Translations under genes and position numbers: made by a program | Part shown: positions 1 through 11,018 of the stretch, piece by piece | Numbering within the stretch: position 1 is the stretch's first letter | Layout: every line of letters starts with the position of its first letter | Notes under the pieces: model-generated | What the model was told of the DNA's origin: nothing | The model's database searches: none | Seen by the model: only the letters and a program-made list of their open reading frames with translations | Source: an uncultured beta proteobacterium | GTDB lineage: Bacteria > Pseudomonadota > Gammaproteobacteria > Burkholderiales > SG8-39 | DNA: 64,000 nucleotides | Direction: 5' to 3' | Assembly (NCBI GenBank): GCA_903928055.1 | Contig: CAIYPG010000154.1 | Location: 5,774-69,773 of the forward strand

Positions 1-15
1 GTTGGAGATAGAAAA

Positions 16-384
16 ATGATCCAGATGCAGACGGTGCTGGACGTCGCCGATAACACAGGCGCACGTTCAGTGATGTGTATCAAAGTGCTCGGCGGCTCCA
101 AGCGCCGGTATGCCTCCATTGGCGACGTCATCAAGGTCAGCATCAAGGATGCTGCGCCTCGCGGACGCGTCAAGAAAGGTGAAGTCTATAACGCCGTCGT
201 GGTGCGCACCGCCAAGGGCGTGCGGCGTGCTGACGGCAGCCTCATCCGCTTTGACTCCAATGCGGCAGTTTTGCTGTCGGCCAAGATGGAGCCGATCGGC
301 ACACGCATATTCGGGCCGGTGACGAGGGAATTGCGCACTGAGCGCTTTATGAAGATCGTTTCGCTTGCGCCGGAGGTGATCTGA
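16..384 (+). CDS. rplN: 50S ribosomal protein L14
   Basis: 122-aa [20 protein letters not shown]... is an unmistakable L14 sequence. GGAGA RBS upstream. First gene of the canonical spc order. Confidence 0.98.
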   Translation: MIQMQTVLDVADNTGARSVMCIKVLGGSKRRYASIGDVIKVSIKDAAPRGRVKKGEVYNAVVVRTAKGVRRADGSLIRFDSNAAVLLSAKMEPIGTRIFGPVTRELRTERFMKIVSLAPEVI

Positions 385-385
385 T

Positions 386-703
386 ATGGAACGTATTCGC
401 AAAGGCGACAGCGTCGTTGTCCTGACCGGTCGTGACAAGGGCAAGCGCGGTTCAGTATTACGCCGGACCGACAAGGATCACGTGCTGGTTGAGGGTATCA
501 ATCGGGTCAAGAAGCACGCCAAGCCGAATCCGATGAAGGGGCAGCCCGGCGGCATCGTCGACAAAGAGATGCCCATCCACATTTCCAACATTGCGCTCTT
601 CAATCAGCAGACGCAAAAGGCCGACCGCGTGGGCATCAAGGCGCTGGAAGGTGGTCGGAAGGTACGGGTCTTCAAATCAAACGGTGAGCAGATCGACGCC
701 TAG
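386..703 (+). CDS. rplX: 50S ribosomal protein L24
   Basis: 105 aa, [22 protein letters not shown]... (KOW motif). Starts 1 nt after the rplN stop. Confidence 0.97.
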   Translation: MERIRKGDSVVVLTGRDKGKRGSVLRRTDKDHVLVEGINRVKKHAKPNPMKGQPGGIVDKEMPIHISNIALFNQQTQKADRVGIKALEGGRKVRVFKSNGEQIDA

Positions 704-718
704 GGGCGGAGGAAGAAT

Positions 719-1258
719 ATGGCGCGCTTACAGCAATTTTATCGCGAGAATGTCGTACCCGATCTGATGAAGAAGTTTGGGTACAAGTCGCAAATGCAGG
801 TTCCACGCATCGAGAAAATCACGCTCAACATGGGTGTTGGCGAAGCGGTGCAGGACAAGAAGATCATGGAACACGCAGTCGGGGATCTGACCAAGATTGC
901 CGGTCAGAAGCCTGTCGTGACCAAGGCCAAGAAGTCGATTGCGACCTTCAAGTTGCGCGAGGACTATCCGGTTGGCTGCATGGTCACTTTGCGCGGCACC
1001 CGCATGTACGAGTTCTTGGACCGGCTGGTTACGATCGCCATTCCACGTATTCGTGACTTCCGCGGCATTTCCGCCAAGTCATTTGATGGTCGCGGGAATT
1101 ACTCCATGGGCGTCAAGGAACAGATCATTTTCCCTGAGATTGAGTACGACAAGATCGATGCGCTGCGGGGACTGAATATCAGCATCACCACCACGGCGAA
1201 AACCGATGACGAAGCAAGAGCGCTTCTCGCCGGCTTCCGGTTCCCGTTCAAGAACTAA
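719..1258 (+). CDS. rplE: 50S ribosomal protein L5
   Basis: 179 aa, [22 protein letters not shown]...; L5 signature and operon position. Confidence 0.98.
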   Translation: MARLQQFYRENVVPDLMKKFGYKSQMQVPRIEKITLNMGVGEAVQDKKIMEHAVGDLTKIAGQKPVVTKAKKSIATFKLREDYPVGCMVTLRGTRMYEFLDRLVTIAIPRIRDFRGISAKSFDGRGNYSMGVKEQIIFPEIEYDKIDALRGLNISITTTAKTDDEARALLAGFRFPFKN

Positions 1259-1272
1259 GAGGATTTGCCAAC

Positions 1273-1578
1273 ATGGCCAAACTCGCCCTGATCAATCGCG
1301 ATGCCAAGCGCCGCAAGACTGTTGCTAAGTTTGCGGCAAAGCGCAAGGAACTGCTTGCGGCTGCAAATGACCTCAAGCAATCAGAAGAAGACCGTGCGGA
1401 AGCGCGCGCCAAGCTGCAACTGCTGCCGCGCAACGCCTCACCGACACGCCTTCGCAACCGTTGCAAACTGACAGGACGTCCGCGCGGTGTATATCGCAAG
1501 TTCGGTCTGGGACGCAGCAAGCTTCGGGATATCGCCATGCGTGGCGAAATTCCGGGTTTGACCAAGGCCAGCTGGTAA
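1273..1578 (+). CDS. rpsN: 30S ribosomal protein S14
   Basis: 101 aa long-form S14, ...[21 protein letters not shown]...LTKASW. Confidence 0.97.
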   Translation: MAKLALINRDAKRRKTVAKFAAKRKELLAAANDLKQSEEDRAEARAKLQLLPRNASPTRLRNRCKLTGRPRGVYRKFGLGRSKLRDIAMRGEIPGLTKASW

Positions 1579-1587
1579 GGAGAACGC

Positions 1588-1983
1588 ATGAGCATGACCG
1601 ACCCGATCGCCGACATGCTGACGCGCATTCGCAATGCGCAGTTAGTCGGTAAAAACACTGTAACCATGCCGTCGTCAAAGCTGAAGCTGGCGATTGCGCA
1701 GGTTCTCAAGGACGAAGGCTATGTCGACGGGTTCGCACGTCGCGAGAACGAAGGCAAGCCCGAACTCGAAATCAGCCTCAAATACTACGCTGGCGAGCCG
1801 GTCATCGAAAAGATCGAGCGTGTCTCCCGGCCCGGCCTGCGCATCTACAAGGGGCATGATGATCTGCCCAAGGTGATGAACGGTCTGGGTGTGGCGATAG
1901 TGTCGACTTCGCGCGGCGTCATGACCGACCGCAAGGCTCGCGCCACTGGCGTGGGCGGCGAAATCCTCTGCATTGTTGCGTAA
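1588..1983 (+). CDS. rpsH: 30S ribosomal protein S8
   Basis: 131 aa, [17 protein letters not shown]... Confidence 0.98.
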   Translation: MSMTDPIADMLTRIRNAQLVGKNTVTMPSSKLKLAIAQVLKDEGYVDGFARRENEGKPELEISLKYYAGEPVIEKIERVSRPGLRIYKGHDDLPKVMNGLGVAIVSTSRGVMTDRKARATGVGGEILCIVA

Positions 1984-1994
1984 GGGGAAAGAAC

Positions 1995-2528
1995 ATGTCA
2001 CGCATCGGAAAGAGCCCCATCGAAGTGCCCAAGGGCGTTGAGGTGACCATTGCGGCCGATCAGGTTTCGGTCAAAGGTCCGCTCGGCACGTTGAGCCAGA
2101 AGCTGACGGGCATAGTGAAGATTGCCAGAGAAGGTGAAAACCTTGTTTTCGCCGCAGCCAATGAAACCTACGAAGCGAACGCCATGTCGGGCACGCTGCG
2201 TGCGCTGGTTGCCAACATGGTGACGGGCGTTACCAAGGGTTTCGAGCGGAAACTGACGCTGGTTGGCGTTGGATACCGGGCGCAGGCCCAGGGCGACAAG
2301 CTCAACTTGGCGCTCGGGTTTTCCCACCCGGTTGTTCATCAAATGCCCCAGGGCATCAAGGTGGAAACCCCGACCCAGACAGAAATTCTGGTCAAGGGCA
2401 CGGACAAGCAACTGGTTGGCAAGATCGCTGCGGAAATTCGCGCGGTCCGCCCCCCTGAGCCCTACAAGGGCAAGGGTGTGCGCTATGCCGATGAGAGAGT
2501 GGTTCTTAAAGAGACCAAGAAGAAGTAA
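1995..2528 (+). CDS. rplF: 50S ribosomal protein L6
   Basis: 177 aa, [17 protein letters not shown]... Confidence 0.98.
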   Translation: MSRIGKSPIEVPKGVEVTIAADQVSVKGPLGTLSQKLTGIVKIAREGENLVFAAANETYEANAMSGTLRALVANMVTGVTKGFERKLTLVGVGYRAQAQGDKLNLALGFSHPVVHQMPQGIKVETPTQTEILVKGTDKQLVGKIAAEIRAVRPPEPYKGKGVRYADERVVLKETKKK

Positions 2529-2540
2529 AGGTGGCTAGCC

Positions 2541-2897
2541 ATGATTGACAAAAATACATCGCGTTTGCGGCGCGCCGCCCAGACCCGTCGCAAGATTGCA
2601 AAACTGAAGACGGCACGGTTGGCGGTTCATCGCACAAACGGCCACATCTACGCCCAGCTGGTATCTGACGACGGTGCGCGCATCCTGACGAGCGCATCCA
2701 CGGCGGAAAAGGAAGTGCGGTCCACGGTGGCCAACGGCGGCAATGCTGCTGCTGCTGCTGCTGTCGGCAAGCGCATCGCCGAAAAAGCAAAGAGCCTTGG
2801 CATTGAAGCCGTGGCATTCGACCGTTCCGGCTATAAGTTCCACGGGCGGGTCAAAGCACTTGCAGATGCGGCTCGCGAAGCCGGTCTGAAGTTTTAA
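2541..2897 (+). CDS. rplR: 50S ribosomal protein L18
   Basis: 118 aa, ...[15 protein letters not shown]...[22 protein letters not shown]. Confidence 0.97.
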   Translation: MIDKNTSRLRRAAQTRRKIAKLKTARLAVHRTNGHIYAQLVSDDGARILTSASTAEKEVRSTVANGGNAAAAAAVGKRIAEKAKSLGIEAVAFDRSGYKFHGRVKALADAAREAGLKF

Positions 2898-2906
2898 GCG
2901 AGGTTC

Positions 2907-3431
2907 ATGATGGCTAGGATGCAACCCAGGATGCAGGGTGGTGAAGACCGCCAGGACGGCCTCAAGGAAAAAATGGTCGCGGTTAACCGCGTTACCAAGG
3001 TGGTAAAGGGTGGCCGAGTGATGGGATTTGCCGCACTTACCGTGGTCGGCGATGGTGACGGCGGGATCGGCATGGGCAAAGGCAAGGCCCGTGAAGTGCC
3101 GGTGGCTGTTCAGAAGTCGCTTGACGAGGCGCGCCGCAAGCTGTTCCGCGTCAAGCTTAAGAAGGGCACGCTCCATCATGCCGTCATCGGCAAACATGGT
3201 GCCTCCACCGTGATCATGCAGCCGGCCTCTGACGGTACGGGCATCATCGCTGGCGGACCGATGCGCGCTGTTTTTGAAGTGATGGGCGTTACCAACGTCC
3301 TCGCCAAGATTGTCGGCTCGACCAATCCCTACAACGTGGTTCGCGCCACGCTGGATGGTTTGAAGCGGATGAACACACCGTCGGAAGTCGCGGCGAAGCG
3401 CGGCAAGACCGTTGCCGACATCACCGCCTGA
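2907..3431 (+). CDS. rpsE: 30S ribosomal protein S5
   Basis: 174 aa, ...[19 protein letters not shown]...; start could be one of several N-terminal Met codons. Confidence 0.96.
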   Translation: MMARMQPRMQGGEDRQDGLKEKMVAVNRVTKVVKGGRVMGFAALTVVGDGDGGIGMGKGKAREVPVAVQKSLDEARRKLFRVKLKKGTLHHAVIGKHGASTVIMQPASDGTGIIAGGPMRAVFEVMGVTNVLAKIVGSTNPYNVVRATLDGLKRMNTPSEVAAKRGKTVADITA

Positions 3432-3445
3432 TCGGGAGCACGGTT

Positions 3446-3631
3446 ATGAGTACAGCAAAGAAAATCAAGGTGACGCTGGTCAAGAGTCCCATCGGTTGCA
3501 AGCAGGCCCATCGCGCAACCGTGCGTGGACTGGGATTGAGCCGCATGAACCAGACCGTTGAAGTTGTGGACACGCCGCAGGTGCGCGGCATGATCCTTAG
3601 CGTGAACTATCTCGTGCGCGCAGAAGGCTGA
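3446..3631 (+). CDS. rpmD: 50S ribosomal protein L30
   Basis: 61 aa, ...[25 protein letters not shown]... Confidence 0.96.
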   Translation: MSTAKKIKVTLVKSPIGCKQAHRATVRGLGLSRMNQTVEVVDTPQVRGMILSVNYLVRAEG

Positions 3632-3642
3632 GCGAGGACATT

Positions 3643-4125
3643 ATGCAACTGAACACCATCAAACCTGCTTCCGGCGCCAAGCGTCCACGCCGCCGCGTCG
3701 GCCGTGGCATCGGCTCTGGCCTGGGCAAGACCGCGGGTCGCGGCCACAAGGGACAGAAGTCCCGTTCGGGCGGTTTTCACAAGGTCGGATTCGAAGGCGG
3801 CCAGATGCCGCTGCAGCGCCGCCTGCCCAAGCGCGGCTTTGCCTCGCGCAAGCATTCTGAGGAAGTTCGTCTGGATGATCTGGCGCTGGTCAAGGGCGAC
3901 CAGGCTGACATAGCAGCCCTCCAGGCTGCAGGCGTGGTCACCATCCATGCACTCCAGGTCAAGGTGATTCTGGCCGGTGAACTGAAGCGCAAGGTCAATG
4001 TTGTCGGACTGAGCGTGACCAAGGGCGCCAGGGCGGCAATCGAGGCTGCCGGTGGCACGATCAACGAGATCGTGGTTCCGCCCAAGGTGCGCAAGCTGCC
4101 GAAGAAAGATAAGCCCAAGGCTTGA
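3643..4125 (+). CDS. rplO: 50S ribosomal protein L15
   Basis: 160 aa, [30 protein letters not shown]...; Lys-rich C-terminal extension. Confidence 0.97.
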   Translation: MQLNTIKPASGAKRPRRRVGRGIGSGLGKTAGRGHKGQKSRSGGFHKVGFEGGQMPLQRRLPKRGFASRKHSEEVRLDDLALVKGDQADIAALQAAGVVTIHALQVKVILAGELKRKVNVVGLSVTKGARAAIEAAGGTINEIVVPPKVRKLPKKDKPKA

Positions 4126-4147
4126 GTTCGCTCAAGACTGACATCCC

Positions 4148-5473
4148 ATGGCGACTGCGGCCCCACAAATCGGCAAGAGCGGCAAGTACGGCGACCTGAA
4201 GAAACGGTTGCTGTTCCTGCTCGGCGCATTGATCGTATTCAGGATCGGTGCGCATATTCCGGTTCCGGGCATCGATCCGGCCAAGCTCGCCGAACTGTTT
4301 CAGACCCAGCAGGGCGGCATTCTTGGAATGTTCAACATGTTCTCGGGCGGGGCGCTTTCGCGCTTCACGATTTTTGCCCTGGGGATCATGCCCTACATCT
4401 CGGCCTCGATCATCATGCAGTTGATGACGGCGGTGTCGCCGCAGCTGGAAGCGCTCAAGAAGGAAGGCCAGTCGGGCCAGCGCAAGATCACGCAGTACAC
4501 GCGCTACGGCACCGTTCTGCTGGCCCTGTTTCAGGCGACCGGCATTTCGATCGCCCTTGAATCGCAGGCCGGCCTGGTGATGGACCCGGGCCTGATGTTC
4601 CGCTTTACCACGGCGGTCACCCTGGTCACCGGCACGATGTTCCTCATGTGGCTGGGTGAGCAGGTCACCGAGCGTGGCTTGGGCAACGGCATCTCGATTA
4701 TCATTTTCGCGGGTATTGCGGCCGGGCTGCCCGGTTCCATCGCGGGTCTGCTTGAACTGGTGCGGACCGGTGCGATGCATCCCCTGACTGCCTTGCTGGT
4801 CACGGTGGCGGTTGCGCTGGTTACCTGGGCGGTGTGTTTCGTGGAGCGGGGACAGCGAAAGATCCTCGTCAACTATGCCAAGCGACAGGTGGGCAACAAG
4901 ATTTACGGCGGCCAGACTTCGCATCTGCCGTTCAAGCTGAACATGGCTGGTGTCATTCCGCCGATTTTTGCCAGCTCCATCATTCTGTTCCCTGCGACGC
5001 TGGCGGGCTGGTTCGGGTCCCATGATGGCGTGTACTGGCTCAAGGACATCGCCGCGACGCTGTCGCCTGGGCAGCCGATTTATGTGTTGTTGTACATGTC
5101 TGCGATCGTGTTCTTCTGCTTCTTCTACACGGCGCTGCAGTACAACCCGAAGGAAACCGCGGACAACCTGAAGAAGTCCGGTGCTTTTGTTCCCGGCATC
5201 CGTCCGGGTGATCAGACGGCAAAATACCTCGAGCGCATCCTGCTGAGGCTGACGCTGGCCGGCTCCATTTATGTGGCACTGGTCTGTCTGTTGCCTGAAT
5301 TCCTGATCCTCAAGTGGAACGTGCCGTTCTATTTCGGCGGGACTTCGCTGCTGATCATTGTTGTGGTCACGATGGACTTCATGGCGCAAGTGCAGGCCTA
5401 CATCATGACCCATCAGTATGAGAGCCTGCTGAAGAAGGCAAATTTCAAGGGAGCTGGGTTTCCCGCTCGCTAA
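4148..5473 (+). CDS. secY: preprotein translocase subunit SecY
   Basis: 441 aa polytopic membrane protein, ...[24 protein letters not shown]...; canonical position after rplO. Confidence 0.98.
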   Translation: MATAAPQIGKSGKYGDLKKRLLFLLGALIVFRIGAHIPVPGIDPAKLAELFQTQQGGILGMFNMFSGGALSRFTIFALGIMPYISASIIMQLMTAVSPQLEALKKEGQSGQRKITQYTRYGTVLLALFQATGISIALESQAGLVMDPGLMFRFTTAVTLVTGTMFLMWLGEQVTERGLGNGISIIIFAGIAAGLPGSIAGLLELVRTGAMHPLTALLVTVAVALVTWAVCFVERGQRKILVNYAKRQVGNKIYGGQTSHLPFKLNMAGVIPPIFASSIILFPATLAGWFGSHDGVYWLKDIAATLSPGQPIYVLLYMSAIVFFCFFYTALQYNPKETADNLKKSGAFVPGIRPGDQTAKYLERILLRLTLAGSIYVALVCLLPEFLILKWNVPFYFGGTSLLIIVVVTMDFMAQVQAYIMTHQYESLLKKANFKGAGFPAR

Positions 5474-5554
5474 GCCGGATCGGTTTCAATTCGAAGCATT
5501 AGGTAGGTCCCGGAGCCAATAACGGCTCACCGGGCCAAATGAAGGAGAGCAGTG

Positions 5555-5668
5555 ATGAAAGTACTGGCTTCAGTCAAGAAAATCTGCCGTAACTGCAAGG
5601 TTATCCGCAGAAAAGGCGTGGTGCGCGTCATTTGCTCCGATCCGCGCCACAAACAGCGCCAGGGTTGA
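5555..5668 (+). CDS. rpmJ: 50S ribosomal protein L36
   Basis: Not in the ORF track because it is under 60 aa. Hand translation gives [37 protein letters not shown] (37 aa), with AAGGAGAG RBS 6 nt upstream and TGA at 5666..5668. Confidence 0.95.
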   Translation: MKVLASVKKICRNCKVIRRKGVVRVICSDPRHKQRQG

Positions 5669-5687
5669 TCCGAATCCTTTCGCATAC

Positions 5688-5717
5688 TTGGTATTCGACA
5701 GGTTTTAACGCTATAAT
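5688..5717 (+). promoter_or_regulatory. candidate sigma70 promoter of the alpha operon (rpsM-rpsK-rpsD-rpoA-rplQ)
   Basis: TTGGTA, 18 nt, then a perfect TATAAT (5712..5717) in the rpmJ-rpsM spacer. Spotted by eye only. Confidence 0.4.
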
Positions 5718-5765
5718 CTTTGGTTCCGCTTTTCAGCCGAACCAACTCTTTTGACGGAGTGACGC

Positions 5766-6146
5766 ATGGCCCGCATTGCAGGGGTAAATATCCCAAATCA
5801 CCAGCATGCCGAAATCGCGCTTCAGGCGATCTACGGCATCGGTCGCGCCCGCGCGCAGGCAATTTGCGTGGCCACCGGTATCGAAAAGACGTCAAAAATC
5901 AAGGATTTGTCTGAGGGCGACATGGAGAAGCTCCGTGTTGAAGTGTCCAGGATCACTGTTGAAGGTGACCTGCGCCGCGAAATCTCGATGAACATCAAGC
6001 GCCTGATGGACCTTGGTTGCTATCGGGGCACCCGCCACCGCAAGGGCCTGCCCGCCCGCGGACAGCGCACCCGCACGAACGCACGTACCCGCAAGGGCCC
6101 GCGCAAGGCCGCCATCAAGCTCCAGTCGGCCCCTAGCAAGACCTAA
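5766..6146 (+). CDS. rpsM: 30S ribosomal protein S13
   Basis: 126 aa, [26 protein letters not shown]... Confidence 0.98.
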   Translation: MARIAGVNIPNHQHAEIALQAIYGIGRARAQAICVATGIEKTSKIKDLSEGDMEKLRVEVSRITVEGDLRREISMNIKRLMDLGCYRGTRHRKGLPARGQRTRTNARTRKGPRKAAIKLQSAPSKT

Positions 6147-6190
6147 GCTTCCGGCCGGACCGGAAAGTACCTAAGAGGAATCAGCACAAC

Positions 6191-6595
6191 ATGGCCAAGC
6201 AGCCCAACGCACCCGCAGCGACCCGCGTTCGCAAGAAGGTGAAGAAGAACGTTGCCGAAGGCATCGCGCACGTCCACGCGTCCTTCAACAACACCATCAT
6301 CACGATCACCGACCGCCAGGGCAACGCGCTTTCCTGGGCGACCTCGGGTGGCGCCGGCTTCAAGGGCTCGCGCAAGTCGACTCCGTTTGCCGCGCAGATC
6401 GCCGCCGAGGCGGCAGGTCGCGCTGCGCAGGAATGCGGTGTCAAGAATCTCGAAGTACGCATCAAGGGCCCAGGCCCGGGACGCGAATCCGCAGTCCGCG
6501 CGCTGAACGCGCTCGGCCTGAAGATCACCAGCATCGCCGACGTAACGCCGGTGCCGCATAACGGCTGCCGCCCGCCCAAGCGGCGCCGGATCTAG
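6191..6595 (+). CDS. rpsK: 30S ribosomal protein S11
   Basis: 134 aa, ...[30 protein letters not shown]... Confidence 0.98.
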   Translation: MAKQPNAPAATRVRKKVKKNVAEGIAHVHASFNNTIITITDRQGNALSWATSGGAGFKGSRKSTPFAAQIAAEAAGRAAQECGVKNLEVRIKGPGPGRESAVRALNALGLKITSIADVTPVPHNGCRPPKRRRI

Positions 6596-6612
6596 TCGAA
6601 CAAGAGGAAGTC

Positions 6613-7242
6613 ATGGCCCGTAATCTCGATCCGAAATGCCGTCAGTGCCGCCGCGAAGGGGAGAAGCTGTTCCTCAAGGGCGAAAAATGCTTTACCGACA
6701 AGTGCGCGATTGAGCGCCGCAGCTACGCTCCCGGCCAGCACGGCCAGAAGAGCGGCTCGCGCCTGTCCGACTTCGGCAAGCAGCTGCGCGAAAAGCAGAA
6801 AATGCGCCGCGTTTATGGCCTGCTCGAAGGACAATTCCGCCGCGCCTATGCCGAGGCTGACCGCCGCAAGGGGGTCGCTGGCGAGAACCTGCTGCAGGTG
6901 CTGGAGTCGCGCCTGGACACCGTGTCCTACCGCATGGGTTTCGGCGCAAGCCGTACCGAAGCGCGTCAGGTCGTGCGTCACAACGGCATCCTGGTCAATG
7001 GCCGCCGCGTCAACATCCCGTCCTACCAGGTGAAGCCCGGTGACGTGGTGGAAGTGGCGCAAAAATCCAAGGCCCATCTGCGGATCAAAGCCGCAGCCGA
7101 AGCCGCGGAGTCGCGCGGTTTCCCGGACTGGATTGAAGTCGACATCAAGGAACTCAAGGGCAAGTTCAAGGCGCTCCCGCAACGCAGCGAGTTGCCCTCG
7201 AACATCAATGAGAGCCTTGTGATCGAGTTGTACTCCAAGTAA
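6613..7242 (+). CDS. rpsD: 30S ribosomal protein S4
   Basis: 209 aa, [26 protein letters not shown]... Confidence 0.98.
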   Translation: MARNLDPKCRQCRREGEKLFLKGEKCFTDKCAIERRSYAPGQHGQKSGSRLSDFGKQLREKQKMRRVYGLLEGQFRRAYAEADRRKGVAGENLLQVLESRLDTVSYRMGFGASRTEARQVVRHNGILVNGRRVNIPSYQVKPGDVVEVAQKSKAHLRIKAAAEAAESRGFPDWIEVDIKELKGKFKALPQRSELPSNINESLVIELYSK

Positions 7243-7289
7243 TCCGCGAAGAAACCTCGATTTACCTGAATTACCAGGGGAAAGCGTAC

Positions 7290-8273
7290 ATGCAAACCAG
7301 TGGATTCCTGAAGCCGCGCATCATTGACGTCCAGACCGTCGCACCGAACCATGGCCGGGTTGTAATGGAGCCGTTCGAGCGTGGCTACGGCCATACGCTC
7401 GGCAACGCGCTGCGTCGCGTGCTGTTGTCCTCGATGCCCGGATTCGCACCGACCGAGGTGCAGATCGCCGGCGTCCTGCACGAGTACTCGACCATCGAGG
7501 GCGTGCAGGAGGACGTTGTCGACATCCTTCTCAACCTCAAGGGCGTGGTGCTGAAGCTCCACAACCGCGATGAGGCCCTGCTTACCCTGAAGAAAAAGGG
7601 TGAAGGCCCCGTTACCGCGGGCGACATCGAAGTCACCCACGACGTCGAGATCATCAATCCCGAGCACGTGATTGCCCACCTGTCGCCGGGCGGCAAGATC
7701 GAGATGGAAATCAAGATCGAAAAGGGCCGCGGCTACGTTCCGGGCAACCTGCGCATCGTTCCCGAGGAGTCCAAGGGAATCGGCCGCATCATTCTCGACG
7801 CCTCGTTCTCGCCGGTGCGCCGCGTGTCCTACGCCGTGGAGTCCGCGCGCGTCGAACAGCGCACCGACCTTGACAAGCTCATCATCGACATCGAGACGAA
7901 CGGCGCAATCGAATCCGAAGAGGCGATCCGCTACGCAGCGCGCATCCTCGTCGACCAGCTGTCGGTGTTTGCGGCGCTGGAAGGCACGGCGCCGGTGACC
8001 GAAGAGAAGAAGTCGCCGCAGGTTGATCCCATCCTGCTGCGTCCGGTCGACGACCTCGAACTGACGGTGCGCTCGGCCAACTGCTTGAAGGCCGAAAACA
8101 TCTATTACATCGGCGACCTGATCCAGCGCACCGAGACCGAGCTCCTCAAGGCTCCGAACCTCGGCCGCAAGTCGCTCAACGAAATCAAGGAAGTGCTTGC
8201 ATCGCGTGGTCTGACTCTGGGCATGAAGCTCGAGAACTGGCCGCCGGCAGGTTTGGAAACCGCGCGCGCCTGA
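7290..8273 (+). CDS. rpoA: DNA-directed RNA polymerase subunit alpha
   Basis: 327 aa, ...[23 protein letters not shown]...[21 protein letters not shown]... Confidence 0.98.
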   Translation: MQTSGFLKPRIIDVQTVAPNHGRVVMEPFERGYGHTLGNALRRVLLSSMPGFAPTEVQIAGVLHEYSTIEGVQEDVVDILLNLKGVVLKLHNRDEALLTLKKKGEGPVTAGDIEVTHDVEIINPEHVIAHLSPGGKIEMEIKIEKGRGYVPGNLRIVPEESKGIGRIILDASFSPVRRVSYAVESARVEQRTDLDKLIIDIETNGAIESEEAIRYAARILVDQLSVFAALEGTAPVTEEKKSPQVDPILLRPVDDLELTVRSANCLKAENIYYIGDLIQRTETELLKAPNLGRKSLNEIKEVLASRGLTLGMKLENWPPAGLETARA

Positions 8274-8306
8274 TCGGCACGCCGGCAATAGAGAAAAGGC
8301 ACACCT

Positions 8307-8705
8307 ATGCGTCACCGTCTTGGACTGCGCAAACTCAACCGCACCAGCAGCCATCGCCTTGCGATGCTGCGCAACATGACCAACTCGCTTCTGAAGCACG
8401 AGGTCATCACCACCACTCTGCCCAAGGCCAAGGAATTGCGCCGTGTGGTCGAGCCGATGATCACGCTGGGCAAGGAAGCCACGGTGGCCAATCGCCGCCT
8501 GGCGTTCGACCGCCTGCGTGACCGCGACATCGTCACCAAGCTGTTCGGCGAACTCGGTCCGCGCTACGCCACCCGCAACGGCGGCTATCTGCGCATCCTG
8601 AAGTTCGGTTTCCGCAAGGGCGACAATGCCCCGATGGCGCTCGTGGAATTGCTGGATCGTCCCGAGCCCAAGGAAACGGCAGCTACGGAGAAGGCAGCCG
8701 CCTGA
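8307..8705 (+). CDS. rplQ: 50S ribosomal protein L17
   Basis: 132 aa, [24 protein letters not shown]... Confidence 0.98.
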   Translation: MRHRLGLRKLNRTSSHRLAMLRNMTNSLLKHEVITTTLPKAKELRRVVEPMITLGKEATVANRRLAFDRLRDRDIVTKLFGELGPRYATRNGGYLRILKFGFRKGDNAPMALVELLDRPEPKETAATEKAAA

Positions 8706-8724
8706 TCATTCCAGGTGCTGCATG

Positions 8725-8752
8725 AAAAAGGCCGGCCTGCCGGCCTTTTTTT
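8725..8752. terminator. bidirectional rho-independent terminator
   Basis: AAAAAGGCCGG-CCTG-CCGGCCTTTTTTT: 7-bp stem (8729-8735 with 8740-8746), 4-nt loop, A-run 5' and T-run 3'. Lies between convergent rplQ and the glycerate kinase gene. Confidence 0.85.
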
Positions 8753-8773
8753 ATGGATCTTTCACACGACGTC

Positions 8774-10048
8774 TTATGTGATCAGCAGGACCCGGTAGTC
8801 ATTGACGTTCGTGCGCGTAGGGCCGGTGACCACCAGGTCGTCCAGCGCCGCGAAGAACGCCCAGGCATCGTTGTTCGCAGCCAGAGCCTTCACATCGAGG
8901 CCCTTGTCCGCAGCACGTTGCAGCGCATCCGGGGTCAGCACCGCGCCGGCGTTGTCCTCCGATCCGTCAATGCCGTCCGTGTCGCAGGCCAGGCCCCATA
9001 CGGTGGCCTGCCCGCCCAGATCCATGGCCAGCGCCAGCAGGAATTCGGTGCAGCGCCCGCCACGGCCAGAGCCGCGCAGCGTGACCGTGCACTCACCACC
9101 CGAAATCAATGCGACCGGGGTCCCCCATGGCTGGCCATGCTTGATGATCTGGCGCGCCAGTGCAGCATGCACCTTCGCCACCTCAGATGCCTCCCCGGTG
9201 ATGCTGTCGCTGAGCACCACGGCATTGACGCCCTGGCCCGCGAAGAAGGCTGCGCCTGACTGCAACGCCGTCTGTGCCGAGGTGATGACATGGTTCTCCA
9301 CGCGCTCGAACAGCCCGTCGCCGGGCTTGGGCGTTTCGGGAATTTCACCGCGCATGCCGCGCTCCAGATGTGTGATGACTGCGTGTGGCGCATCGATGCC
9401 GTAACGCGCGATGACGGCCAGTGCATCGGCGTAGGTGGTGGGATCAGGCGCGCAGGGGCCGGAGGCAATATGGGTCGGATCATCACCGGTTACATCGGAG
9501 ACGATGAGTGCCATCACGGACGCTTTGCAGGCCGCGGCCAGCCGGCCGCCGAGGATTGCCGACAGGTGCTTGCGCACGGCGTTCATTTCCTGAATGGGGG
9601 CGCCACAACGCAGCAATTCACGCGTCATCGCTTTCAGGTCATCGACCTTCAGGCCGTCGGCCGGCACCGCCAGCAGTGATGATCCGCCGCCTGACAGCAG
9701 CACTAGCAGCAGGTCATCACGGCCAAGGCTGCGCACCATGCGCAGCATCTCGCGTGCGGCAACTTCGCCGGCGTCATCGGGCACCGGATGACCGGCTTCG
9801 ATCACCTTGATGCGGTTCGTCAGCAGGCCGTGCCGGTAGCGTGTAACCACCATGCCTTCCAGCGGCGCACCAGCGGGCCAGTGCTGTTCCACGGCCAGCG
9901 CCATCGCTGCCGCGGCTTTTCCCGCCCCCAGCACCAGCGTCCTTCCCGCGGGCGGGCGCGGCAGGTGCGGCGGAACTGCAGCATGCGGGTCCGCCGCAGC
10001 CAAGGCCGCTTTGAAGCTGTTGATTATAATTTCTCTATAAACTTGCAT
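8774..10048 (-). CDS. glycerate 2-kinase / hydroxypyruvate reductase-like protein (DUF4147 + MOFRL, TtuD-like)
   Basis: ...GRTLVLGAGKAAAAMA...VVTRYRHG...LLSGGGSSLL...ISGGECTVTL...CDTDGIDG... is typical of the family. I prefer the ATG at 10048 (MQVYREII...); the ORF track start at 10066 is an alternative. Confidence 0.8.
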   Translation of the reverse strand: MQVYREIIINSFKAALAAADPHAAVPPHLPRPPAGRTLVLGAGKAAAAMALAVEQHWPAGAPLEGMVVTRYRHGLLTNRIKVIEAGHPVPDDAGEVAAREMLRMVRSLGRDDLLLVLLSGGGSSLLAVPADGLKVDDLKAMTRELLRCGAPIQEMNAVRKHLSAILGGRLAAACKASVMALIVSDVTGDDPTHIASGPCAPDPTTYADALAVIARYGIDAPHAVITHLERGMRGEIPETPKPGDGLFERVENHVITSAQTALQSGAAFFAGQGVNAVVLSDSITGEASEVAKVHAALARQIIKHGQPWGTPVALISGGECTVTLRGSGRGGRCTEFLLALAMDLGGQATVWGLACDTDGIDGSEDNAGAVLTPDALQRAADKGLDVKALAANNDAWAFFAALDDLVVTGPTRTNVNDYRVLLIT

Positions 10049-10115
10049 TAATAAATATATGAACAATCGATATTGATAATATTATTTTTGTAAAAGTGCT
10101 GAATTCCGTATTTCC
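10049..10115 (+). promoter_or_regulatory. AT-rich intergenic module (copy F, most divergent)
   Basis: Strongly AT-rich stretch ...TAATAAATATATGAACAATCGATATTGATAATATTATTTTTGTAAAAG... in the divergent spacer between the glycerate kinase and ankyrin genes. Shares ACAATCGAT / TGATAATA-type blocks with the other copies. Confidence 0.35.
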
Positions 10116-10220
10116 AGACAGGCATTCCTTGCAGCACACGGCGCTGAGTACAGAGCATAAGCCATCGCCGGCAGGGGTGCCGGCATCGCGCATTCATGTA
10201 CCCGGGTCTAGAATGACAGC

Positions 10221-10904
10221 ATGAACTGTTTACGCCAGATGATGCGCGTGCCGGCAGTGCAGGGCGTGATCGCGTTTGCCGCCATCCTGCTTGCGGTGCC
10301 GGCCGTCGCCCAACTCCCGCCCCCGCCTGACACGCTGTCCCGGCAACCCGTATTCGAGGCGATCGAGCGCAATGACAATGTTGCGCTGGATCGCCTGATC
10401 GCGGCGGGCGCGCATCTTTCGGCGCGCAACGACGATGGCGAGCCGCCGCTTTACGTCGCCGCCGAGCAGGCCAATTTCGAGGCATTGAAGCGCCTGATTG
10501 CAGGCCGGGCCGATCCGCGCCTGCGCACACCGAATGGCGAGACCGCGTTGCATGCGGCAGCCATGCAGGGTGACTCCGACTTCGCGCGGGTGCTCATTGA
10601 TGCGGGTGCCGATCCGAATGCGCTCAACCGAAACGGCGAAACGCCGTTTGCCTGGGCGGCCATGACAGGCACGCTGCATACGGCGCGACTCCTCGCGGAG
10701 CGCGGTGCATTGATCGACTCCGCGGACGAAAATGGAAACACGCCGCTGCACGGCGCTGCCAAGGCCGGCAACCTGCCCATGGTGGCCTGGCTTCTTGAGC
10801 GGAAGGTGCGCACCGGTCAGCGCAACCGCTTTGGGCAGACCGCCTACGACCTGGCGCGGGAGCGCGAACATCCGGATGTCGCCGCCCTGCTGCAGACGCG
10901 CTGA
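10221..10904 (+). CDS. exported ankyrin-repeat protein
   Basis: 227 aa. N-terminal signal peptide (...AAILLAVPAVA-QL), then about 5 ankyrin repeats (e.g. NGETALHAAAMQGDSDFARVLIDAGADPN, NGNTPLHGAAKAGNLPMVAWLLE). Confidence 0.88.
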   Translation: MNCLRQMMRVPAVQGVIAFAAILLAVPAVAQLPPPPDTLSRQPVFEAIERNDNVALDRLIAAGAHLSARNDDGEPPLYVAAEQANFEALKRLIAGRADPRLRTPNGETALHAAAMQGDSDFARVLIDAGADPNALNRNGETPFAWAAMTGTLHTARLLAERGALIDSADENGNTPLHGAAKAGNLPMVAWLLERKVRTGQRNRFGQTAYDLAREREHPDVAALLQTR

Positions 10905-11018
10905 ACGCATGCATTGACATGCAGGAGTGGCTGCATCGGATCGCCGTATAATGGTTTCACATCAACCGTACGGTGGCGGCATGCCCGCAGACCGGAAAAT
11001 CCACAAGGAGAGGGAGCC

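Noticed and set aside
2745-2762. (GCT)6 trinucleotide repeat inside rplR
   Set aside because: It is in frame and encodes an Ala run in a region of L18 that is Ala-rich in other bacteria. There is no sign of disruption or phase variation.
4061-5413. 450-aa minus-strand ORF antisense to secY
   Set aside because: This is a shadow ORF typical of high-GC DNA. It is Arg/His/Gly-rich and low-complexity with no recognisable family. The + strand encodes an unmistakable SecY.
7023-8399. 458-aa minus-strand ORF antisense to rpsD/rpoA
   Set aside because: Same reasoning as for the secY antisense ORF. It is antisense to highly conserved genes and has low-complexity composition.
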